A DNA stretch of 64,000 bases, taken from contig JAFUGK010000014.1 in NCBI GenBank assembly GCA_017469445.1, positions 160,229-224,228 of the forward strand. Reading direction: 5' to 3'. A model generated the notes under the pieces. The model was given only the letters and a program-made list of their open reading frames with translations. It was not told the DNA's origin and did no database searches. Below, one piece after another: positions 34,090-47,148 of the stretch; the first letter of the stretch is position 1; each line of letters opens with the position of its first letter. A program made the position numbers and the translations under genes. Origin of the DNA: Clostridia bacterium. Its GTDB lineage: Bacteria; Bacillota; Clostridia; TANB77; CAG-508.

Positions 34090-34899
34090 TTAAAATGGAA
34101 GTAATAACCTCAAAGCCATTTTCCAAACCTCCATCCCATGAGACGTATTAAGTCTTGGAATAATATAATTATCATCTTCTCTTGATGCTTTTCTATACTC
34201 CTTTTTGGTTGGTCCATATATAAAAGCCATTTTAATCTTTTCTTCTTTTAGTGCTTGTATCATATTATCATTAAATTTTCCAAAAGGATAACAATATACA
34301 TCTGTTTCTTTTATACTAGTATTAAATTTTTTTACATCATCTTTTAATATTTCTACGCTTTGCTCTATTGCTCCATCTTTGTGTAATCCATATGAGTGTG
34401 AACATATTTCAATATTTGGATATTCTTCTTTTACTTTTTCTAATACTTCTTTGCTCATATATGTTTTTACATTTCCTGTCCATCCTGTTTCTTTAGAATT
34501 ATCAATAAATTCTCCAATAACAAATACTGTTGCATTCATATTATATTTTTTAAGAAGTGGAAATGCATAATGTGCATTAGATAAAAATCCATCGTCAAAT
34601 GTTATTAAAATACTTTTATATGGCAAATCTATTTTCCCCTGTTTCCAATTGTAGAATTCTTCAGTTGTAAGAGTTTTATATCCATGATTTTTTAAATATT
34701 TTAAATGTTCTTCAAAATTATCTACAGTAATTATCCAATCTTTTTCATCTGGAAACTTCTCCTTTTCTTCTGCTGTAGCAATATTATGATAACAAACCAC
34801 TGCAATCGTTGGATTTCGCTTTACATATATTATTCCAGAAACAAGAGCAATTAATATAATAACTAATACTATAATTAATATTTTTTTTTCTACTTTCAT
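34090..34899 (-). CDS. Polysaccharide deacetylase (NodB homology domain), membrane-anchored
   Basis: LITFDDGF and HSYGLH motifs are present, with an N-terminal TM helix. Confidence 0.75.
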   Translation of the reverse strand: MKVEKKILIIVLVIILIALVSGIIYVKRNPTIAVVCYHNIATAEEKEKFPDEKDWIITVDNFEEHLKYLKNHGYKTLTTEEFYNWKQGKIDLPYKSILITFDDGFLSNAHYAFPLLKKYNMNATVFVIGEFIDNSKETGWTGNVKTYMSKEVLEKVKEEYPNIEICSHSYGLHKDGAIEQSVEILKDDVKKFNTSIKETDVYCYPFGKFNDNMIQALKEEKIKMAFIYGPTKKEYRKASREDDNYIIPRLNTSHGMEVWKMALRLLLPF

Positions 34900-34901
34900 T
34901 A

Positions 34902-35858
34902 TTACCTCTTATTCTTTTCTTTGTTTCTTTTATCGTTTATAATATCAACTTCTTTTTCTGTAATTAATGTAACATTATTTTCTTTTGCCCAAGACACACA
35001 ACCTTTTAACACTGTATTTAGAAATACTCTTGGTACTTTTACAAATCTCATACATGCTTCATCTGTAAATTTGATTTCTGGGTCAATTCTAGATGCAGCA
35101 TATTTTACAGAATCTAGGCTAATTCCTTTGTTTTCTGGAATTGGTTCTGAAATAGGATTTTTAAATTTTGTATACCAAAAATTCTTGCTATCTCTATAGC
35201 CATAATCAACTGGTACAGATGGGAAGCCGTTTGATGTAACTCCATTTATTATAGAATTATAGTATTTCTCTTTCATTAAAATATTATCTACTTTTAATAT
35301 GAAGTGTGCACCAAATTTGCTAGTTATACCATTAAAATTATGGTATGGTGGCAAATATTCTTCTTGAACTTTATCATCTTGCGCATTATCCAATTCTCTT
35401 ACCCATGTACACTCAAATACTTGAAATGCCTCTTTTACAATTTTAGGATAAGTTTCATTTGGATTTTCTCTTGCTCTTTTTCCATCTACTAAAGTAAAAA
35501 TAGTATCTTTCATTTTTTCTTCAGTAGTTTCACCAGGAAAGCCCAGTCTTACCGCCTCTTTAAAATACTTTCTTTTATCTGGTATAAAGTTTATAGCACA
35601 CTTTCCATTTCTTAAAATATTTTGTGCTGTATTAGAGCTATTTCTACAACATAGTAGCATTGCATAATAGTCTTTTCCAGCTATATAATATGGAAAGCAT
35701 AATGAATATGAACCAATATTAGTTAATCCATTTTCACTTAAAGTTGCTATTTCACAAGTTGGCATAGGAAAAAAGCTAGATGTTTGATAAAAATTATCTA
35801 CAATTCTTAAATTCTTAAATCCTTCCAATTCTTCAATTTGCTTATGTTCTTCACTCAT
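34902..35858 (-). CDS. Flavin-reductase-like domain protein with a C-terminal extension
   Basis: The N-terminal half resembles FMN-binding split-barrel flavin reductases (FFPMPTCEIATLSENGLTNIGSYS, NTAQNILRNGKCAINFI). I prefer the ATG at 35858 (RBS AGGAGG) over the track start at 35897. Confidence 0.4.
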   Translation of the reverse strand: MSEEHKQIEELEGFKNLRIVDNFYQTSSFFPMPTCEIATLSENGLTNIGSYSLCFPYYIAGKDYYAMLLCCRNSSNTAQNILRNGKCAINFIPDKRKYFKEAVRLGFPGETTEEKMKDTIFTLVDGKRARENPNETYPKIVKEAFQVFECTWVRELDNAQDDKVQEEYLPPYHNFNGITSKFGAHFILKVDNILMKEKYYNSIINGVTSNGFPSVPVDYGYRDSKNFWYTKFKNPISEPIPENKGISLDSVKYAASRIDPEIKFTDEACMRFVKVPRVFLNTVLKGCVSWAKENNVTLITEKEVDIINDKRNKEKNKR

Positions 35859-35873
35859 TTTAATTCCTCCTAT

Positions 35874-35974
35874 TTGTAAGGGGATACTTCTTTCCAAGCC
35901 TAGGACACTTCTTTTCCTATGGTCATTCCTCTTATGATAAGAAATGTCCCCTACTTATGAGCTAGTGATGTCAG
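35874..35974. repeat. P1 intergenic hairpin repeat, copy c (with an internal partial arm duplication), immediately upstream of the RBS of CDS 34902-35858
   Basis: tttgtaaggggatacttctttcc aagccta ggacacttcttttcctatggtcatt ... ataagaaatgtcccctacttatgagctagtgatgtca. It aligns with the copies at 2661-2742 and 6675-6756. Confidence 0.7.
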
Positions 35975-35979
35975 TTTTT

Positions 35980-36094
35980 AAAGTTATCTCCTTATTTTAT
36001 TTTGGCACAAAATAGCCCAACGTAGGCATTGCATTTTTCTTTCGAATACTTAAACATCCAATGCCGGCTAAGATTGGGCGGACCTTTATGATAT
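35980..36094 (-). repeat. P3 GC-rich two-stem element, copy b
   Basis: The outer stem is gcccaa (36015-20) / ttgggc (36074-79). The inner stem is ggcattg (36025-31) / caatgcc (36059-65), which has two compensatory base-pair changes relative to copy a. Confidence 0.65.
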
Positions 36095-36184
36095 GTTAAT
36101 CTTGATTTTTAATAAAAAGTTCTTTTCTATAATATACTTAATTTTAAAATTTGTAAATATATTTTCGTAATAAAAACAAAAAAA

Positions 36185-36216
36185 TCATGTGAACTAAGCT
36201 ATCTTAATTCACATGA
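36185..36216 (-). terminator. ATP synthase operon terminator
   Basis: tcatgtgaa ... ttcacatga stem after the atpC stop, followed on the minus strand by TTTTTTTG. Confidence 0.7.
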
Positions 36217-36227
36217 CCTTTTATATA

Positions 36228-36641
36228 TTATTGTCTTAATGTTCTTGCAGTTTTAATTCTACTTGCAGCTCTTTCAATTGAAGCTTGTAATTGTGCTTTC
36301 ATCTGTAAGTCTTCTTTAGCATTAATCAATTGTTCCTCTGCCCATTTCTTATCTCTCATTGCTCTCTCAACATCTATTTCTTCTGCCCATTGAGCATTAT
36401 CTACAATTGCTGTAACCTTTTCTTTGGTTACTTCTATGAATCCCTCACTTATAAAAGCATATTTCTTTTCTCCGTTTTTGCTCATTGTTAATACACATGG
36501 TTTATGTGCAATTAACATTGGAACATGTCCTGCCATTACACCCATTTCTCCATTTTCAGTATTAAAAGTAATCATTTCAACTTCATCTGAATAGAAAATA
36601 CGTTTCGGTGCAACAACTTCAAATTTAAATAATGTTGCCAT
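36228..36641 (-). CDS. atpC: F1 ATP synthase epsilon subunit
   Basis: 137 aa at the last position of the atp operon, with a typical N-terminal beta-sandwich sequence (FEVVAPKRIFYSDEVEMI). Confidence 0.9.
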   Translation of the reverse strand: MATLFKFEVVAPKRIFYSDEVEMITFNTENGEMGVMAGHVPMLIAHKPCVLTMSKNGEKKYAFISEGFIEVTKEKVTAIVDNAQWAEEIDVERAMRDKKWAEEQLINAKEDLQMKAQLQASIERAASRIKTARTLRQ

Positions 36642-36659
36642 AAACTCACCTACTTTTAA

Positions 36660-38965
<2,306 letters not shown>

Positions 38966-38986
38966 TCCATTCTTTAAAAATTATTA

Positions 38987-40498
38987 TTAGGCATTAAATA
39001 ATTCTAAAAATTCTTTTATTACCTTATCTAAATTTTCTTTTATTCCATCTTCTAGAACTTTCTTTTCTGCTATTTCTTTTAATAAGTCTGGATATTTTTC
39101 TTCAACAAATTGTACTAATTCATCATTGAATCTTCCAACATTTTTCTTGTCTACTGTTACTAAATATCCTTGTGTTAAAGCATAAAGAATAACAACTTGT
39201 TTTTCCATAGACAATGTTTTATATTGTTGTTGTTTTATTGCTTCTAGAGCTCTTTCACCTTGTGCTAACTTGTTTGTTGTAGCTTGGTCAAGCTCTGAAC
39301 CAAATTGAGCAAATGATGCAAGTTCTCTATATTGTGTTAAATCTAGTCTTAGAGTTCCTGCTAGCTTTTTAATAGCCTTAGTTTGAGCAGAACCACCAAC
39401 ACGAGATACAGATAGACCTGCGTTAACAGCTGGTCTTTGACCTGCGAAGAATAATTCGCTCTCTAGATAAATTTGTCCGTCTGTTATAGAAATAACGTTT
39501 GTAGGAATATACGCTGAAACATCTCCTCCAAGTGTTTCTATAATTGGAAGTGCAGTTATAGAACCGCCTCCATGTTCTTTATCTAATTTTGCAGCACGCT
39601 CTAATAGTCTAGAATGTAAATAGAATACGTCACCTGGATATGCTTCACGTCCTGGTGGTCTTCTTAATATAAGAGACATTGCTCTATATGCTTGAGCATG
39701 TTTAGATAAATCATCATAAACTATTAAAACATCTTTATGTTTTTCATACATAAAATATTCTGCTATTGCACAACCTGCATATGGTGCAATATATTGTACT
39801 GGAGCTAGTTCACTTGCTGTAGATGATACAACAACTGTATAATCCATTGCCCCGTTCTTTCTTAATGTATCAACTATACTTGCAACAGATGAACCTTTTT
39901 GACCAATTGCAACATATATGCATATTACATCTTGATCTTTTTGGTTTAATATTGTATCTATTGCTATAGCTGTTTTTCCTGTTTGTCTATCACCTATAAT
40001 TAACTCTCTTTGTCCTCTTCCTATTGGAACCATAGCGTCTATTGCCAAAATTCCTGTTTGAAGTGGTTGATTTACAGACTCTCTTGACATAACACCTGGT
40101 GCCAAGAATTCAACATCCCTGTAAGCGTCAATTTTATAAGGCTCTTTTCCATCCAATGGCTCTCCTAATGGATTAACAACTCTACCAATAATGTCGTCTC
40201 CAACACCTATAGTAACTGTTTTTCCTGTTCTTTTAGCCATTGTTCCTTCTTTTACTTCTGTTTCTCCTCCTAAAAGAACGCATCCAACACATTCTTTCTC
40301 AAGGTTTAAAGCCATACCAAAAATGTTATCCCCAAAGTCTATAAGCTCGCCACTCATGCAATTCTCAATTCCATGAACTTTGGCAATACCGTCACTAGCT
40401 TGAATAACATATCCGACTTCATCAACTTGCATTTTTTCTTCGTAATTATCTATTTTCTTTCTGATAATACTACTAATTTCTTCAGGTTTTACTAACAC
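38987..40498 (-). CDS. atpA: F1 ATP synthase alpha subunit
   Basis: Walker A is [14 protein letters not shown], in a typical alpha-subunit sequence. Confidence 0.95.
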   Translation of the reverse strand: MLVKPEEISSIIRKKIDNYEEKMQVDEVGYVIQASDGIAKVHGIENCMSGELIDFGDNIFGMALNLEKECVGCVLLGGETEVKEGTMAKRTGKTVTIGVGDDIIGRVVNPLGEPLDGKEPYKIDAYRDVEFLAPGVMSRESVNQPLQTGILAIDAMVPIGRGQRELIIGDRQTGKTAIAIDTILNQKDQDVICIYVAIGQKGSSVASIVDTLRKNGAMDYTVVVSSTASELAPVQYIAPYAGCAIAEYFMYEKHKDVLIVYDDLSKHAQAYRAMSLILRRPPGREAYPGDVFYLHSRLLERAAKLDKEHGGGSITALPIIETLGGDVSAYIPTNVISITDGQIYLESELFFAGQRPAVNAGLSVSRVGGSAQTKAIKKLAGTLRLDLTQYRELASFAQFGSELDQATTNKLAQGERALEAIKQQQYKTLSMEKQVVILYALTQGYLVTVDKKNVGRFNDELVQFVEEKYPDLLKEIAEKKVLEDGIKENLDKVIKEFLELFNA

Positions 40499-40537
40499 TC
40501 TATTTCCTCCTTCTAAAAGATTATATCTTAAGCGAGA

Positions 40538-41182
40538 TTAGAATATCTGTCTTAATCGAGTATCTATTGTGTTATCATAAATTGTGTTACCAACACAAAC
40601 TTTAATTCCGCCAATTATACTTTTATCTATTTCTATTGTATATTGTACTGTCTCTGCTTTATACATGTCTTTAAATTTATTTACAATGCCTTTTAATTGT
40701 TCATCACTTAATTCGCTTGCTACTATAATTTTTATTTTTAATTCTTTATTTGAAGATTTTCCTGATGTATTTCCTTCCATACTTTCAATTTGTTCAACTT
40801 TATCTTTTCTTAAAAGTTCTGTTAGAAAGTTGGTGAATGAACTATTTTTTCCATACTCTGGGAATTTTTCTTTTACTTCTGCTACTTTTTCATTTAAAGA
40901 ATTGTTTAATCTTGAATATTCATCAGAGATTTCTTCTATTTCGCCTATTCTGTTTCTTCTAACTAATTCAGTTAACCATTCTGCAAACTTTGCATCTTTG
41001 TAGTATTCTGGTATTATTTCTTTTATTACATCTAGTTTCTCATTATCTTTGAAACTAGGATTTAATAACATATTTTTGAATTCTTGATTAGAAGCAAATA
41101 AATCAGAAATAGCTTTTAATCCCTTTTGATAATTTAAAGATTCTTCAAAATTTTCAGATAAAGCAAATAGTGTTCCGAACAA
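40538..41182 (-). CDS. atpH: F1 ATP synthase delta (OSCP) subunit, unusually long with an internal duplication; the start is uncertain
   Basis: It lies between atpF and atpA, and its C-terminus is typical (IIGGIKVCVGNTIYDNTIDTRLRQI). The track start is a TTG without a good RBS. An ATG at 41207 opens a different frame (see findings). Confidence 0.75.
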   Translation of the reverse strand: MFGTLFALSENFEESLNYQKGLKAISDLFASNQEFKNMLLNPSFKDNEKLDVIKEIIPEYYKDAKFAEWLTELVRRNRIGEIEEISDEYSRLNNSLNEKVAEVKEKFPEYGKNSSFTNFLTELLRKDKVEQIESMEGNTSGKSSNKELKIKIIVASELSDEQLKGIVNKFKDMYKAETVQYTIEIDKSIIGGIKVCVGNTIYDNTIDTRLRQIF

Positions 41183-41229
41183 CTTGTCTACTTGTGTTCA
41201 TAGCCATATTCTAAATACACCATCTTTCT

Positions 41230-41721
41230 TTATGACACGCTTTTTTCATTTATAAATTCAGAAATAAGTTTTCTATTTGTGTCATCATCAATATTTTTCT
41301 TTAATACCTTTTCACTGGCAGCAAATACTAATTCTGCTAATTCTTCTTTCATGCTTGTAATAAGTTGTTCTTTTTCAACTTTTAATTCTGTCTTAGCATT
41401 TTCAATTATTTGATCAGCTTCTGCTTTAGCTGAATCTATAATTCCATTATATTCTTTTTCTGCCATTCCTCTATACATTTCTATGACTTTTTGGCCTTCT
41501 TCTTTAGCCTCTTTTATTTTTTCGTCATATTCAACTTTCATCTGTCTTACCATTTTTTGTGACTCTTCTGCTGCTTTAAGTGCATCCTCTATTTTTTTAT
41601 TACGATTATCTATATGTTTTGTAACTGGTTTAAATAGAAGTAATCTTAAAACTACGAATAAAACAACGATATTTAAAACGGTAATTCCCAATGTGACAAA
41701 AAATTCATTATTTAATTCCAT
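41230..41721 (-). CDS. atpF: Fo ATP synthase b subunit
   Basis: 163 aa. A single N-terminal TM helix is followed by a long charged helix. Confidence 0.85.
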   Translation of the reverse strand: MELNNEFFVTLGITVLNIVVLFVVLRLLLFKPVTKHIDNRNKKIEDALKAAEESQKMVRQMKVEYDEKIKEAKEEGQKVIEMYRGMAEKEYNGIIDSAKAEADQIIENAKTELKVEKEQLITSMKEELAELVFAASEKVLKKNIDDDTNRKLISEFINEKSVS

Positions 41722-41761
41722 TTATCTCTCACTCCCATTATTATTATTTTATGCAACTTAA

Positions 41762-41802
41762 GATTAGTATCATTAAGATTAACTCTAATTATGATACTAA
41801 TC
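41762..41802 (-). other. Intra-operon stem-loop between atpE and atpF
   Basis: gattagtatcat / atgatactaatc perfect 12-bp inverted repeat with a 17-nt loop. It may be an mRNA-stability or partial-termination element. Confidence 0.5.
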
Positions 41803-41814
41803 CTCATTTATAAT

Positions 41815-42767
<953 letters not shown>

Positions 42768-42926
42768 ACCTTCTACTTATATTTTGCATTTTTTATTTGC
42801 AATGACTACGTAATTATATCATATTATGTTGAGTTTGTAAATTTATTTTTGAAATTTTTGTGAATTCTTGTGAGCATTTGCAATAATATGAACACTTTTT
42901 CATTTTTTACTGCAAAGGCTTTGCAT

Positions 42927-43430
42927 TTATTTTTGCAAAGCTTTCAACTCTTCAAATATTCTGAATATCTCATTTACACTTCGTTGAATTTCCGGCGGAT
43001 ACATTAATATTGCTCTAATCGTTAAATTCTTATCTATTATGTACACATTTCTTGTTGTTTCACAATTATTTATATTTGAAGATATCATTCCATACTTTCT
43101 TCCAATAGCCGAACTTCTGTCTGCTATTAATGGGAAAGAAACTTTTATTCCTGTTTTTTGATATATCTCATTTATCCAAGCATAATGTGAATTAATACTA
43201 TCTATGCTTAAACCTAAAATTAAAATATCCTCTCTTATACCACTTTCCATTGTAAATTCTATTATTTCTTTTGTACATATTGCATTAAAATCTCCTGGAT
43301 AAGAAAAAAGTATTATCCACTTTCCTTTATAGTCTTCTAAATTTATATTTCCTATTGTAGTTGTTGCTTCAAAATTTGGAGCCTTATCACCTATTTTTAC
43401 TATACCATTTTGCATTAATTCGTAATCCAT
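42927..43430 (-). CDS. Peroxiredoxin (AhpC/TSA family)
   Basis: 167 aa with a thioredoxin fold. The active-site region is FSYPGDFNAICTKE, and the sequence WxxxxxxxxxxxFPLIAD is also present. Confidence 0.7.
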   Translation of the reverse strand: MDYELMQNGIVKIGDKAPNFEATTTIGNINLEDYKGKWIILFSYPGDFNAICTKEIIEFTMESGIREDILILGLSIDSINSHYAWINEIYQKTGIKVSFPLIADRSSAIGRKYGMISSNINNCETTRNVYIIDKNLTIRAILMYPPEIQRSVNEIFRIFEELKALQK

Positions 43431-43436
43431 AATAAA

Positions 43437-43470
43437 AAACTCCTTTCATAACATACTATGAAAGGAGTTT
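43437..43470. terminator. Hairpin between the surface-protein gene and the peroxiredoxin gene
   Basis: aaactcctttcata / tatgaaaggagttt perfect 14-bp stem. On the minus strand the 3-prime arm contains the peroxiredoxin RBS (AAAGGAG). Confidence 0.6.
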
Positions 43471-43488
43471 AATTTAGTTTCTTTTTAA

Positions 43489-44688
43489 TTAGAATAAATT
43501 TCCTGAGTCTCCATAATTGAATTTATCTTTATTCTTTGATTTTTTCTCTTTTTTAAATCCACTTTTGTTATTTTTGATTCTTTTAACCAATAAATAGATT
43601 AAAGCAATAAGTGAATTTTCGAAAATTACAATCCATAATATTACCCAAAGGAAATCACGTACATTAATTAGCATATATTGTGACTTCTTTCTAACTGGTT
43701 TTACATTTTCTAATTCTTCAGTATTTTCTTCATTTTGCTCATTTAGCAAATCATCTTCTGTTTTTTCTGATTCTTCTTTTATTGCTCTTATTACATATTG
43801 TTTGCTTCTTCCATTTCCATCATCCATAGAAATTCTTATTATGTTCTCGCCCTCTTTTATTTCGTCAGGTGATTCCACTTTAACTAAATCTTTATATTCG
43901 TTTGCTTGTATTTCTACATTTATGTTTACCATTTCTTTAGTTAATTTGCATGAATAAACTGGTTGATTTAAATCAAATTGTGGCGTGTATTCTAATTCTA
44001 CTTTAGCCCCCTCTGGCATTACTCCATAAATACGCATTTCTGTAATTCCAAATTCTGATGGTGTTCCTTGATCTTCTTCAGCAGGTATAATTTCTTGTGC
44101 TGGTTTTTCTGGCTCTGGTGCCGGTTGTGTTGGTTCTGTTTTCTTCGGTGTTGTTTTTGATGTATTATTGGCAGGCTTTGGTGTCTCTGTTTTAGTTTCT
44201 GCTGGTTTTGTTTCTGTAGGTTTTGCTGGTTCAGGATTTGATGTTGTTGCAGGAGTAGTTGGCTCTGGTGTTGCTACTGGTACGGGTACTTCTACTTCCT
44301 TTTCTTTTATTTCTATAGTTATAGATTTACTTTCTGTTATTTTTTCTTCAGGGTTTGAGCCACTTTCCAACGTTTTAGGTGTTGCAGTAATTTCTGCTTT
44401 TTCTCCACTTTTCCCAGTTATTCTGCCACTAATCTCTTTTATATATGTCGTTTCTTCGCTTGATTCTAGCGATATTTTCTCTTCACTAAGTTTTATATTT
44501 GTTCCCTTTAACTCTAATTCACCTTTTAAATTATTGCCAGTTATTGTTATTTTTATCTCACTATTTGGCTTAGCAATGTCTTCCGATGCCACTAGATAAA
44601 ATGCAGGTTTTGTAGCATATGATTTTATTTCAAGTGCTATCAACATTAATAATAATACAAATAAAACTTTTAAAACTTTGTTTTTCAT
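43489..44688 (-). CDS. Cell-surface protein: signal peptide, Ig-like domain, Pro/Thr/Glu linker, one cadherin-like beta-sandwich domain, C-terminal TM anchor
   Basis: Its architecture parallels CDS 20121-21455. The linker is PVATPEPTTPATTSNPEPAKPTETKPAETKTETPKP, the domain is ITEMRIYGV...YSCKLTKEMVNINVEIQA...YVIRAIKE, and the anchor is FLWVILWIVIFENSLIALIYLLV. Confidence 0.6.
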   Translation of the reverse strand: MKNKVLKVLFVLLLMLIALEIKSYATKPAFYLVASEDIAKPNSEIKITITGNNLKGELELKGTNIKLSEEKISLESSEETTYIKEISGRITGKSGEKAEITATPKTLESGSNPEEKITESKSITIEIKEKEVEVPVPVATPEPTTPATTSNPEPAKPTETKPAETKTETPKPANNTSKTTPKKTEPTQPAPEPEKPAQEIIPAEEDQGTPSEFGITEMRIYGVMPEGAKVELEYTPQFDLNQPVYSCKLTKEMVNINVEIQANEYKDLVKVESPDEIKEGENIIRISMDDGNGRSKQYVIRAIKEESEKTEDDLLNEQNEENTEELENVKPVRKKSQYMLINVRDFLWVILWIVIFENSLIALIYLLVKRIKNNKSGFKKEKKSKNKDKFNYGDSGNLF

Positions 44689-44728
44689 TATTATCTTTCC
44701 CTTCTAAAAATATATGGCAATAATAGTT

Positions 44729-45955
44729 TTAAATTTCTAATTTATGATAACTCTTTTTCCCTTTTCTTATTATTGCACGTCCATCTTTAAAGTCAGCCTC
44801 ATTTAATGTATATGTTACGTCATCAATTTTTACATCATTCAAAGTAATTCCGCCTTGTGCTATTAATGTTTTAGCCTGTCCCTTTGATGCAACCAATCCA
44901 GTTTTTACTAATGCATCTAAAATAGAAATATTTGTATTTTCAATTTTTGTTGAAGGCATATTTTCTGCAATTCCATTTCCATTAAATAATGCTTCAGCTG
45001 CTTGTTCTGCTTTAATTGCTTCTTCTTCACCATGAATTAATTTTGTTATTTCGAAGGCAGCTGTCTTTTTAGCTTCATTTATTTGCTCTCCCGGTAAAGA
45101 ACTTAACCTGTTTACTTCATCCATTGGTAAGAAAGTTAGAAGAGATAATACTTTATGTACATCTTCATCATCTATATTTCTCCAATATTGATAAAATTCA
45201 TATGGAGAAGTTTTAGATGCATCTAGCCATAAAGCACCTTTTTCTGTTTTTCCCATTTTCTTTCCTTCTTTAGTTGTAAGAAGCTTAAATGTTAATCCAA
45301 ATGAGTCATCTTTTCCTATTCTTCTAATTAATTCTACACCACCAATAATATTAGACCATTGATCATTTCCTCCTAATTGAAGTTTGCAGTTATATGTTTC
45401 GTATAAATGTAAAAAGTCATAAGATTGCATAAGCATATAGCTTAATTCAAAAAAAGTAAGTCCTTTTTCCATTCTTTGTTTATAGCATTCTGCTGCAAGC
45501 ATTTTATTTACTGAAAAATGTACACCTATATTACGCACAAATTCAATAAATTTTAAGTCTAACAACCAATCAGCATTATTAACAACAATTGCTGCATTTT
45601 CGCCTTCGAAGCTTAAAAATCTAGCAAATTGTTTTTTAAATTGTGAAACATTATAATCTATTTCTTCTCTAGACATCATCCTTCTCATATCAGTTTTACC
45701 AGATGGATCTCCTATTGTTGCAGTTCCACCACCAATTAATAATATTGGTTTATGTCCTGCTTTTTGCATATGAGATGCTACCATTAAAGAAATAAAGTGT
45801 CCTACATGCAAGCTATCTGCAGTAGGATCAAAACCTATATAAAATGGTACACTCTCTTTTGCAAATAATTCCTTTACTTCTTTTTCATGAGTAATTTGTT
45901 CAATAAATCCTCTTTCTTCTAAAATCTTAAAAACGTCTGTCATCGTTATTTTCAT
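44729..45955 (-). CDS. tyrS: Tyrosyl-tRNA synthetase
   Basis: The HIGH motif is HVGH, the KMSKS-type motif is KMGKT, and there is a C-terminal S4 domain. Confidence 0.95.
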   Translation of the reverse strand: MKITMTDVFKILEERGFIEQITHEKEVKELFAKESVPFYIGFDPTADSLHVGHFISLMVASHMQKAGHKPILLIGGGTATIGDPSGKTDMRRMMSREEIDYNVSQFKKQFARFLSFEGENAAIVVNNADWLLDLKFIEFVRNIGVHFSVNKMLAAECYKQRMEKGLTFFELSYMLMQSYDFLHLYETYNCKLQLGGNDQWSNIIGGVELIRRIGKDDSFGLTFKLLTTKEGKKMGKTEKGALWLDASKTSPYEFYQYWRNIDDEDVHKVLSLLTFLPMDEVNRLSSLPGEQINEAKKTAAFEITKLIHGEEEAIKAEQAAEALFNGNGIAENMPSTKIENTNISILDALVKTGLVASKGQAKTLIAQGGITLNDVKIDDVTYTLNEADFKDGRAIIRKGKKSYHKLEI

Positions 45956-45976
45956 TCCTTTCTAATTGTATATAAA

Positions 45977-46255
45977 TTATAATGAAATACTTATGTTATT
46001 AAACCCTTCTCCAGAAGAACTTTTAGATAAAGTTTTATATATGCTTTTAAATTCATCAGCTTGAATGTGTCTAGCCAAATTAGCAGGTGTTATTGAAAGA
46101 TTACTAGCTAATTCATCTAATGAAATAACATCATTGTCATTTAAATAATTTCTTAATTTTATTATTTCAAAGTTGTCTTTTGGTTCGCATTTTGAGCACA
46201 CTTCACTATTTGACACAAAAAAGCAACCACATCTTTTACACTTTTTAAATTCCAT
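45977..46255 (-). CDS. Small zinc-ribbon protein (YvyF/TIGR03826-like)
   Basis: 92 aa with CKRCG...CSKC near the N-terminus, followed by an HTH-like segment. The assignment rests on pattern only. Confidence 0.35.
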   Translation of the reverse strand: MEFKKCKRCGCFFVSNSEVCSKCEPKDNFEIIKLRNYLNDNDVISLDELASNLSITPANLARHIQADEFKSIYKTLSKSSSGEGFNNISISL

Positions 46256-46343
46256 TTTTATATACCCCCAAATAATTTTTGTTTTATTGTATCACAATAT
46301 GGTGAAAAATAAAACTAAAAATCAGAAAAAAAATACAAATTTA

Positions 46344-47093
46344 TTATCTTTGTTTTAAAGCTTCATAAATTATAATTCCTGCAGAAACTGATGCATTTAA
46401 AGATTGGACTTTCCCTTTCATAGGAATTTTTACAAGAAAATCACAATTTTCCTTTACAATTTTGCTCATTCCAAATCCTTCACTTCCTATTACAATTGCA
46501 ATATCTCCTGTATAATCTTGCTTATCATAACTAACTTCTGTTTGCAAATCTGTTCCAATTATCCATAATCCATTTTCTTTTAATCTTTTAATTGTTTCAG
46601 TTAAGTTATTTACTCTTGCTATCTTCATGTGCTCTACTGCTCCTGCAGATGTTTTATTTACTGTTGCATTAACAGATGCTGCTCTTCTTTTAGGAATAAT
46701 AACTCCATGTATTCCAGCTGTTTCAGCAGTTCTTATAATTGAACCTAAATTGTGAACATCTTCTATTCCATCTAAAATTAAGATAAAGGCCTTTTCATTT
46801 TTACTTTTTGCATAATCTAATATATCTTCTACGTCACAATAATTAAATGGTGGCACTATAGCTATTACACCTTGATGATTATGCGTTTCAGACATTAAAT
46901 CTAATTTTGATTTTTCTGCTTCAACTATTAAGATCTTCTTTTCTTTTGCAATAGCAATAATTTTATTTATAGAGCCATGCTTTTCACCCTTTGCAACAAA
47001 TATTTTATTTATATCTTTATCACTTTCAAGCAATTCTAAAACAGGATTTCTCCCTTCAACTTTATCAATATAAGATTCATTATTTTCTTTCAT
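46344..47093 (-). CDS. TrmH/SpoU-family RNA 2'-O-methyltransferase (RlmB-like)
   Basis: 249 aa. An N-terminal substrate-binding domain (VEGRNPVLELL) precedes the SPOUT motifs LDGIEDVHNLGSIIRTAE, IVIGSEGFGMS and IPMKGKVQSLNASVSAGI. Confidence 0.8.
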   Translation of the reverse strand: MKENNESYIDKVEGRNPVLELLESDKDINKIFVAKGEKHGSINKIIAIAKEKKILIVEAEKSKLDLMSETHNHQGVIAIVPPFNYCDVEDILDYAKSKNEKAFILILDGIEDVHNLGSIIRTAETAGIHGVIIPKRRAASVNATVNKTSAGAVEHMKIARVNNLTETIKRLKENGLWIIGTDLQTEVSYDKQDYTGDIAIVIGSEGFGMSKIVKENCDFLVKIPMKGKVQSLNASVSAGIIIYEALKQR

Positions 47094-47148
47094 ATCTTTA
47101 TCTTCCTTTTACTTATAATATCCAACATCAGATTAGATTGGAAGGTTT

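Noticed and set aside
2661-36094. Whether the P1/P2/P3 repeats could be a CRISPR array or remnants of one.
   Set aside because: The copies are kilobases apart and sit in unrelated intergenic regions. They are not regularly spaced, are internally palindromic over 60-100 nt, and have no cas genes or leader nearby.
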